From Blastocladiella emersonii ATCC 22665 (lineage: Eukaryota > Fungi > Blastocladiomycota): DNA of 64,000 bases. How positions within the stretch are numbered: position 1 is the stretch's first letter; each line of letters begins with the position of its first letter. This document shows, one piece after another, positions 57,868 to 64,000 of the stretch. The stretch spans positions 248,001 through 312,000 of the forward strand of contig JANHCV010000011.1 in assembly GCA_025594325.1 (NCBI GenBank), written 5' to 3'. A program made the position numbers and the translations under genes. Below the pieces are notes generated by a model, which worked only from the letters and a program-made list of their open reading frames with translations, was not told the origin of the DNA and made no database searches.

Positions 57868-60270
57868 TCAGAGGTTGAGGGCAGCCAGCCCGCACGCGAC
57901 CGGTGCAACTCGCGCAAACTCGCGAGCGACCCACACCGAGTCGGCCTCGGCACCTGTGGAACGCGTGAGCAAGGTGCGGACGAGCTCTGCAAGCTCCTTC
58001 GGCGCAGCGAGTGCGTCCAGTGCGCCATCAGGAAACATGCGCAGGACGTGCACCGAGAGACCGTCGGTCGAGTTAGCCTCGGCGCGAAGCGTGTGAAACA
58101 CTTTCTGCGGAGCGCTCGCGATGAGTGCGCGAACGACAAGGCGAGCAGAAGCGATCGGATCGCACTCAAAGTGGTTCGATGTCGAGGTAACCAAGTCGGG
58201 TCCAAAAAAATGCTCGTAAAGACGCGACCAGACATTGTCAGCGTCCGGGAACAGCGAATCGTATCGGTTAGGCGTGTACTGAGTCAACAGAGTCTCGACG
58301 AGATCACGCCAGACCCACTGAAAGGCAAGCGGACAATCACGGCAAACCGTGGGCACCGAATCGCGGACGTAATGGAGCCGCTTCGGCGTGTGCGGGACCC
58401 CAGCGGGCATAAAGAGTGCAAAGATTACTGCCTTGAGCAGAAATTCTGGCCATGGATAACACCTTTGCGTCATAAGCTCGACTTCGGGTCCCGCTCCATC
58501 CAACTGAGCAGCCGCGAGAAGCCAAGTAAGATCGACCGCCACGGACCAGAGTTCGTGCTCGTGTTGGACTTGAGCACCGGAATGAGGAAGCGCGGCGAGA
58601 TGAAGCTGCTCGAGAGGAAGCAGCTCGAGAGGAAGCACCAATCCTCCCTGCTCCGTAATCAGAAAGCTCGCGCCCATCCGGCAGGCATCGTCCCATGCTC
58701 GTCATTGAGCGCAGGGTACTTGAATCGGACAAAGTCGTCCAGAGTCAGCGTGGGGTTGCCGTACTCGGGCTCGCCAGTGTAAAAGCCCGGAGCAAGCGCA
58801 AATTGGAGCACGGCAAAGTAAGACAAATCATTGCCATGCGGCCATTCTTGGCTAAAGCAGATGTCATAGGCTGGATCGAACGCGCTTCGGTGTTAGATTT
58901 CCATCACTGTAGCCTGGGCACTGCGAGTCATGCGCACCTCCAAGAAGCAGCTCGTTCCATTGCTTTGTCGTGTACTGCGTGCGAAGCCGCTTGATGAAAT
59001 CGAACCCTTTCAGATTGATCACCGTGGCAACGATCCACGTTAGATGCTTGGGAAGAATCAAACCGTGCGAGTGCATGAGCTCAAGGTGCTCGATTAGAAA
59101 ATCAGGGTCTGCACACCACGCTGAAATTCGCGTGCTCAAGTGGTTGAACGGATCGCCGATGATGAGTGGATGGGCCAGTGGATGGGCCCGTTCCCACGGA
59201 AAGAGAATGACGACGTCACCGATGTCTTCGCGGATAACAAGGGCGGGCACGACTCGATTAGGAAACTGGGCAAGAAGCGGAATGAAAGCCCGGTGGCCCG
59301 CCCGCACACTCGCAATAACGTAGTTTCGCTGCACCGCGACCGGCATTTCCTGCGTGTGCTGGAAAATCCACAGAAACAGGTCCTCGGCTTGACGATAGGG
59401 TGCATCCAACTCGCAAGCAAACGCCAAGACGAAGCGGGCCATGTCTTCGGTGCACAGAGTTGCAGCGATGGTTGCCGTATCAATATCAAGGCCGGACGTC
59501 GCGAGCAGCTGCTGGAACGTCGGATATCCCCATGCGAACACCGAGAGATATACTAGCGCATCGGCAAATCGCATTGAAAGGGTCGCCATCCCCATGAGCT
59601 CGAATTCGTGAAATTCGTTGGTGAGGTTGAGTCGATGGAGATACAGCGCCCAAGCATCAAGTTGGATCTCGACGTTTAGAAGATGCGGCACGTTGAGAAC
59701 AGCGGCAGCGAGGGCCCGGTGCAGGAAATCGGTCCAGCCGAACATAATGCCCAAGACGATCGACTTCACAAGGACGGCAAGTGGATGCAGCTGCACTAGG
59801 ATGCAGGTTGCCGAATAGATCGGCTGGTCAAGGCATTCGCGAAGCACCTCCTGAGAAAAGGTGGCAGAGCGAAGGCGGCGGCGACACGACTCCACAACCA
59901 GGTTTTTCAGGCTCTCCAAAGCCGCCGGAGGTGGCGGCGCGTGCGTTTCGAAGCAGAGCCCAAAGTACGCGTGCATGTCGGAACTGGTCGGATCAACGTC
60001 GGCAAGTGTCAGGTGCGTAAGCGGGTCGTCCGGCACCAACCAGTAGTTGGTGTTTCTGAGCGCAACGAGTTGATTGGAAACACTCAGGCTCCACGCGAGA
60101 CGGAGCTGCTCGTCGACAGCAACCAGGGCGTGAAGCGAGGCCGAAGCAGCCGCGATAGCGGCGCGCGGCTTGGCGAGCCGAACCGCGGCCAGGACCAGTT
60201 CGACGGGCAGACGGGTAGGTGCATGATTCCCCAAATCCATTGCATCGGGTTGCATTGCGTTTACATTCAT
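57868..60270 (-). CDS. Orphan multi-exon (or partly degenerate) gene with F-box-like N-terminal motif in an A/T-richer region
   Basis: ORFs 60270..58864 (468 aa, 'PTRLPVELVLAAV') and 58677..57868 (269 aa). A gtgcgc..ctaac..cag intron near 58938-58872 extends the first ORF; the join to the second is unresolved. Confidence 0.5.
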
Positions 60271-60718
60271 GGTGCTGGCGTTGCGAGTGGCCAGCGAAGG
60301 GGGCGGCGCGCGTTGAGCGAGTGGGCGGACGCGTGGGAGTCCATCCGGTTTCGCGTTTGCACCGCGCTTGATCCCAACGGCTGTTGCGGACCGGGAACCG
60401 ACTCACAAAATCTATGACACGTTTAACGAGGCTAGATTATTTTTCATTCAGCAAGGTATCGTCGCGGAGCGCGATCGCTGCAGCTCCTCGCGGACAGCCG
60501 AGCAACTGTCTCGCTTCTCACACCACACGTGATATCAGAACGCGTCCGCCGATCGGGTCAAGCCCGGCGAGACGCTCCGTGGGTTCACAGTATAACCCAC
60601 GCGACAGTTTTGGTTTGATCGAATAAATTATATTTATACTTGAGGCACCTAGACGCTTCGCGTCTGGTTTTCAATCGAGGGCTAAAGCCCGCGCCACGTT
60701 GGGCGCTTGCGCCATTTC

Positions 60719-60778
60719 GCGCATCGCAGCTTTGCGCGTCGCAGCTTTGCGCGTCGCAGTACAGCGCGTTGCAGCTTT
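60719..60778. repeat. 15-bp tandem repeat x4 (gcgcgtcgcagcttt consensus)
   Basis: Copies at 60719, 60734, 60749 and 60764. Confidence 0.9.
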
Positions 60779-61480
60779 AGTTCAAGTACACACGCGCACG
60801 CTGGCCCGACCGCGAGAGACGCGTCGGGCAATCACGCGAGTGGCACGCGCCAGCGGCGCCACACTTCCAGTCACCGCCGGCGGACTGCCTCGCCGCGGGG
60901 TCGCACGCTCACCTCAAGCGAGCGTCTCCGCTCCCTCTGGTTTGGTTCTAGATCGCTGCTACTATTAGCCGTCGTTATACACCCTTTCCTCCCTTCTGCG
61001 TCTACCTCCTTCGCTGTGTCCATCACCGTCTCCGTCATCTCCTCAGCCTTCCGTGCATCGTGCTCAACCTTCCTCTCGCACCCTGCACCTGTACGCTTCA
61101 ACTGGTTATGAGCCCTGCTCGCCCTTGAAACTCGATGTACGTACGGCCTCCGCTTCCTCCGAGTCGCTTCCACACCTCCCTGCCGCCGCGCGGTCACTGC
61201 ACCTGCGCCCGCTGTACTGGCGTGGGCCGCGGACCGTGCGAGCGGCCAAGCACCAGGGCGGGAATCGCTGCCTGCCCCGGTGGCGGGTCCCAGTGCCTGC
61301 AGCGGTTGACACGGGGCCGCCGGCGCGGTTAGCCCGGCCGCCCACCTCCGTTCTCCCTCACGTCGACGTGTGCGCCACCTCGCGCTCACGGCAGCAGATT
61401 GTGCCGTTGGGTATCCCGCGTATCAGTGCACCACCGCCTTGCGCGTTAGCCAAGTGCGCACACTGTGTTAGCAGATACCC

Positions 61481-61702
61481 TTCCGCACGATAGTCGCGAT
61501 GACGGAAACGCGTGTTTTGTTTATTCCGAGGGATTTATGGGACCTGCCGGCTAAAAAAGCTGAGCTGCCGAGGGGATTTTTCCGCACCCGCCGACACTCC
61601 GTGCGGACGCGCCGAGGGAAGGAGCGGATCGGCCGAGACGCGGGGCGGGCTGGCCGTGGCCCCGTGCGGACCCGCCGAGGCTTCGTGCGGATCCACCGAG
61701 GA
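61481..61702. repeat. Cluster of CGTGCGG/CCGAGG motifs in both orientations, including a 7-bp-stem inverted repeat
   Basis: cgtgcgga..ccgagg at ~61600, ~61663 and ~61684; inverted ccgcac at 61483 and 61582; tccgcac..gtgcgga stem at ~61581-61607. Confidence 0.6.
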
Positions 61703-62398
61703 ACTCGCTTCGCACGCTCTAACTCCCTCAGTTTGCGCCCTCCTCACCCGTAACTGCACACGCACGCTCGCACCACTCCCTGCAATGATAATATATGAAC
61801 AGTTCCACGAAAATACGACTCGCCGTGCGCGAACCTTGGAAAGCTCAGCCCCCCGCCATGTCGATCCGCTCTCGTCCGCTCTCTTGTCGCGCGGGCCACC
61901 CGTGTCACCATGTCTTGATTGACGAGCACAATCTACCGATGTGAGTCGTCGATCTGGGCTGCCGCCGTTGCTCGGTTTCCACATGCCGCGACCACACTCT
62001 GCCGCGACCACACTCTGCCGCTCGCCGCGCGGAGCCGCGCGAGTCCTGCCGTACTAGTGCAGGCCGCCGGGTTTCGGATCATCTCGAGTGGGTGAGTAGT
62101 TGTCGTTGCCGCGTCCACCAAGCGCTTGCGCCACGCTGACCGCGCGGGCGACGATCGTTCCAACTCTTCACGTCCAACGGACGCAACGCGCTAGAAAGCG
62201 CGACGCGGCCGCCGCGGGCACTGCCGACTGGAACATGGGCTAGATCGTCGCCGTGCAGCTGCCGTGGTGGCAGCATGCGCTGATGCGCAGTAAAATCGAC
62301 ACGGCTCTCGTCGCCGCGTCCAAGATCGCTACAGGGATCACGCTGAACACTTGATCCTGCTCTCAGGTCGCCATCTGGTCGCGCGCGTGAAGCTCCTC

Positions 62399-62773
62399 TC
62401 AACGGAGACCATGCGCTATTGTTTCTAGTGCGCGTTGAGCGACCCGAGACGCGCAGCGGCCGATCCACTTCGCGGACATCGCAAGACGACGTCGTTCCGT
62501 TTCCTCGCCTTCGCTACTGACCTTCTGTACCACTATCCGTTGCACTAGGTCGGTCGCATTGCCGCGCTCAACCTCAGCATTACCGGTTACTTCACGATAG
62601 AGGGTGGTGTGGTCCGCTGCGTCAGGAACCGCCGCGGACCTTTGGGCTCGCGCCTCGATCGCGTCGATTGTTTCGCCACGAGACGAGGAGCAGACTGCTC
62701 CCGGTGATACAGAATTGCCGTCGCTATGGGCGGTAAGAGAAACAGCTGTATTGTCCCGAGTATCATGTCTCAC
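62399..62773 (-). CDS. Small hypothetical helical ORF
   Basis: 124-aa ORF with protein-like charged composition; no recognisable motif. Confidence 0.25.
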   Translation of the reverse strand: MRHDTRDNTAVSLTAHSDGNSVSPGAVCSSSRGETIDAIEARAQRSAAVPDAADHTTLYREVTGNAEVERGNATDLVQRIVVQKVSSEGEETERRRLAMSAKWIGRCASRVAQRALETIAHGLR

Positions 62774-62896
62774 GTCTCACGAGGCGACGTCACATGATTG
62801 ATCAACGCGTCTCCTTCACCATCAACGAGTTGCGCGACTGATCCACCAGCGGATTTAGAGACAAACGAAAATATATGAGGAACAAAAAACTTTGGA

Positions 62897-64000
62897 CTAG
62901 CCCAGGACCCGGTACACGGCGAGCGAGATGGACTTCATCATGTTGGACGCTGTCCCCGCTGCGTTGCGCAACATCGGGACTTGGTCGCGAGGGACGGAAA
63001 GGCGGACGGCGGGCACCGACGGATTGGGCAGCCCGTAGGTAGCCTTCTTCTCTACAGTAACAGGCACGGACTTGCGTGCGCTCGACTTGTAGGGCTCAAA
63101 GATGGATGCGCTGCCGCCGCCCATGTCGTCAAAGTACCACCACGAGCCGCCGTAGACGAAGGCGCTCGTATAGTGCGCGGTCCGCTCGCTTGGGTGATAG
63201 TACACGACGGCGCAGAGGCGAAGCGCGAGTCTACGTGAGTGGGCGTTCACACGTGAGTTGAGTAGGAGGAGACAGAGAGCAGTTGGCGCGTACCCATTGG
63301 TCGTGATCATGGCGGGGACAGGGTCAGACAGCGGTCCAGTATGGTCGCGCATTGGAGAAACAGCGAGAAAGTGCGGCGCCGACGGGACGATCAGGTTGTC
63401 GCGAATGAAGCGAGGACAGATGCATCTAGACGCAACAAGAGTGAATCAGTCAGTATCACGTCAAGCGATGCAAGCGAGGTGAAGGCGATCAATCGAGGTG
63501 GCGAACTTTTTCATGTCCTTCTTCGCGACCAATTTCTTGTCCTCGAAGGACTCGTGGCGCGATGACGCGCGGCACGGACACGCGTCGCACGGATCGAGGC
63601 AGCTCTTGACCGCCTGCTCGATGTTGGGGGTGTACGGCGTGATGATGGACGCCGAGGAGGAAGGGAAGTCGCGTCTGTTCTTGAACGAGCGCGTCCCAAA
63701 TCGCCTTGAAGTTGTTGGGGTCAGACAGTGCGCGCACGCGCGCTCGTCTTCCGGGTGGTATTCGAGCGCGAGGAGCGGGCGGTGCAGCGTGTTGGTCGCG
63801 CGCGCGCTGTCCAGCTGCGCCATGTCGACCTTGTACATCTCGAAGACGTGATCGGCGACATCGCCGACCCACGAGACAGACACGTCGGTTTTGCTGTGCA
63901 CGTCAAACCCACCCGGCAGGCGTCCGCCCGTCCTATTTGCGAAGACGTGCGCGTACAGGAAGCGGGCGCGGTCGTACTCGCCTGCCCGCAGAAGGCGAAA
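62897..64000 (-). CDS. Divergent ubiquitin-specific protease (peptidase C19/USP-fold)-like protein, C-terminal part; gene begins beyond the window
   Basis: His box 'LRLCAVVYYHPSERTAHYTSAFVYGGSWWYFDDM', terminal 'SLAVYR', finger Cys pairs 'CAHC' and 'CDAC', and 'APHFLAVS' after splicing. Frame is open to position 64000. Confidence 0.6.

Noticed and set aside
60646-60669. GCGAAGC-type mini-hairpin next to CTAG as a Helitron 3' end
   Set aside because: The hairpin overlaps the CTAG instead of lying ~10 nt upstream, no Rep/helicase is seen, and the short match is plausible by chance.
60871-61493. Overlapping ORFs 60871..61389 (-) and 61053..61493 (+)
   Set aside because: No motifs, non-ATG starts and low-complexity composition; a short charged helical stretch is not enough to call a gene.
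1-64000. tRNA, rRNA or transposase genes; many other long antisense/alternate-frame ORFs
   Set aside because: No cloverleaf, rRNA signature or DDE/RT/HUH motif was recognised. The extra ORFs overlap well-supported genes and reflect stop-codon scarcity at high GC.

Overview
Gene-dense, GC-rich (~65-70% by eye) eukaryotic DNA with short GT-AG introns (mostly 53-72 nt). A flagellar gene (CFAP20) together with fungal-type genes (OCH1-like mannosyltransferase, STR2-type cystathionine gamma-synthase, 18-residue-loop GATA factor) points to a zoosporic fungus. Blastocladiomycota-like is an inference. About 28 genes can be read. Conserved ones: EIPR1/TSSC1, CFAP20, cystathionine gamma-synthase, a Kv channel, an AGC kinase, RBM22/SLT11, HSP20, SWD1/RBBP5, EED, a ~2,150-aa ADCY10-like soluble adenylyl cyclase and a PRELI/UPS protein. 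Others: a class C GPCR-like receptor, two tandem CAP-domain membrane proteins, and an accessory, A/T-richer right end with orphan and USP-like genes. The most striking item is an intron-containing 2'-5' oligoadenylate synthetase (OAS)/CD-NTase-like nucleotidyltransferase (18309-20114). Its catalytic triad is intact and it carries an unknown C-terminal domain. It sits in a co-oriented five-gene block with an F-box-like/ankyrin-repeat gene and three beta-prism lectin-like single-pass receptors, a candidate fungal innate-immunity or non-self recognition locus. All family assignments come from motifs recognised by eye; no database searches were run.
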